Part shown: piece by piece, positions 63,324 to 64,000 of the stretch
Layout of the letters: every line of letters starts with the position of its first letter
How positions within the stretch are numbered: position 1 is the stretch's first letter
IMG/VR virus record: IMGVR_UViG_3300032007_000071
Location: 10,074 to 74,073 of that record
Length of the DNA stretch: 64,000 nucleotides
Source of the DNA: a virus
Lineage: Duplodnaviria; Caudoviricetes
Strand: one strand, 5' to 3'
Translations under genes and position numbers: made by a program
Notes under the pieces: model-generated
The model's database searches: none
What the model saw: the letters and a program-made list of their open reading frames with translations, nothing else
Told to the model about the DNA's origin: nothing

Positions 63324-63848
63324 ATGGAAACAAACATTACAGTAACACCCGAAGAGGTAAAAGAGAACATGCAGGATGTCATCGTCAGAACTCTTGATGA
63401 GTTTGGCAAACCATGTACTTACGTCACAGTGAGAATGAAGAATGGCTTCACTCTCAGAGAATCAACCACATGTGTTGACCCTGCCAATTACTCGGAAGAG
63501 ATTGGTAAGCAGATTTGTCTGGAGAAGATTGAGGATAAGGTTTGGTTTCTCTTAGGCTATGCCTTGCAGACCGAGGCTTCCGCCAAGAACCGAGTCCTCG
63601 CCAGTACCCGCGATATGATGATTTCGCCGGACTACAAGGAGCGTTTCAAAGCTGAGTACATCCAACTCAAAAATCGCTTTGACGGTCTGAAAAAGATGCT
63701 CGACGCATGGGATGACAAGAAGCTCAACTTCGTTCCTACTTGCCCTCGTGACCTCTATGACGAGCAGGTGACCAGCATGGAACTGTATCTCCGTGTACTG
63801 GAGCGCAGAGCCAAGCTGGAGAACATTGACCTCTCGGATATTCAGTAA
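63324..63848 (+). CDS. phage Gp49-like N-terminal domain fused to a crAss001_48-like C-terminal domain
   Basis: MKNGFT..ES.TCVDPANYSEEIGKQIC...WFLLGY; DYKERFKAEY.QLK.R...L..ML. Confidence 0.75.
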   Translation: METNITVTPEEVKENMQDVIVRTLDEFGKPCTYVTVRMKNGFTLRESTTCVDPANYSEEIGKQICLEKIEDKVWFLLGYALQTEASAKNRVLASTRDMMISPDYKERFKAEYIQLKNRFDGLKKMLDAWDDKKLNFVPTCPRDLYDEQVTSMELYLRVLERRAKLENIDLSDIQ

Positions 63849-63911
63849 TCATTCAGTTGCTGTCCTATCGGCATGACGGGGGTAAAGAAAACGAAACACT
63901 ATGAAATAGCT

Positions 63912-64000
63912 ATGACACGAAACGAAAAAATACGCCAAGAAGCGTTGAAATGGAAAACAGACGATAACGAGTTTATCGCACAGACCGCTTTTGAGGCAGG
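63912..64000 (+). CDS. partial ORF truncated by the window end
   Basis: MTRNEKIRQEA... open to the end. Confidence 0.5.
   Translation, partial: MTRNEKIRQEALKWKTDDNEFIAQTAFEA

Noticed and set aside
1-64000. Genome-wide TAG reassignment (as in Lak or some crAss-like phages), suggested by two in-frame ambers
   Set aside because: Standard-code ORFs of 1662, 1155 and 679 aa are uninterrupted, and TAG ends several clearly complete genes, including the convergent pair at 8676-8678 and 8684-8686.
1-64000. DGR template repeat and reverse transcriptase
   Set aside because: No AAC-rich copy of 60062-60170 and no RT-like ORF (YxDD motif context) found by reading the window.

Overview
The whole 64 kb window looks like one segment of a large temperate Bacteroidales (Prevotella-like) bacteriophage with a plasmid-type replicon, i.e. 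a phage-plasmid. No host-chromosome junction is visible. Left to right: (1) the end of a minus-strand structural-type cluster; (2) a ParA partition locus with two putative ribbon-helix-helix proteins and two opposed 24-bp repeat arrays; (3) an iteron origin with a Rep_3-type initiator and a DnaA-N/AAA+ fusion; (4) a spanin-like gene and two HU-like genes; (5) a non-coding control region with a 21-bp tandem array; (6) a ~23 kb co-directional early/anti-defence block (PcfK, PcfJ, ArdA fusion, ArdC, J-domain-LPD29, DarB-like methylase-helicase, many small acidic ORFs, an Mfa2-like lipoprotein); (7) a minus-strand head module (S49 protease-scaffold, major capsid protein with a C-terminal repeat domain); (8) a repressor/XRE switch; (9) a lytic replication and metabolism operon (primase-helicase, ThyX, guanylate kinase, radical SAM, acyl carrier protein, MazG-like, HAD phosphatase). 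The strongest unexplained signal is a dispersed family of seven intergenic palindromic elements built from about 22 AT-rich arms. Each arm is capped by a covarying GC-GNA-GC mini-hairpin, and one copy encloses a GxxExxY (PD-(D/E)XK) nuclease gene. Also notable: an apparent DGR target gene with no reverse transcriptase or template repeat in the window, and two tRNA-mimic motifs. All protein family calls come from motif recognition by eye, not database searches.
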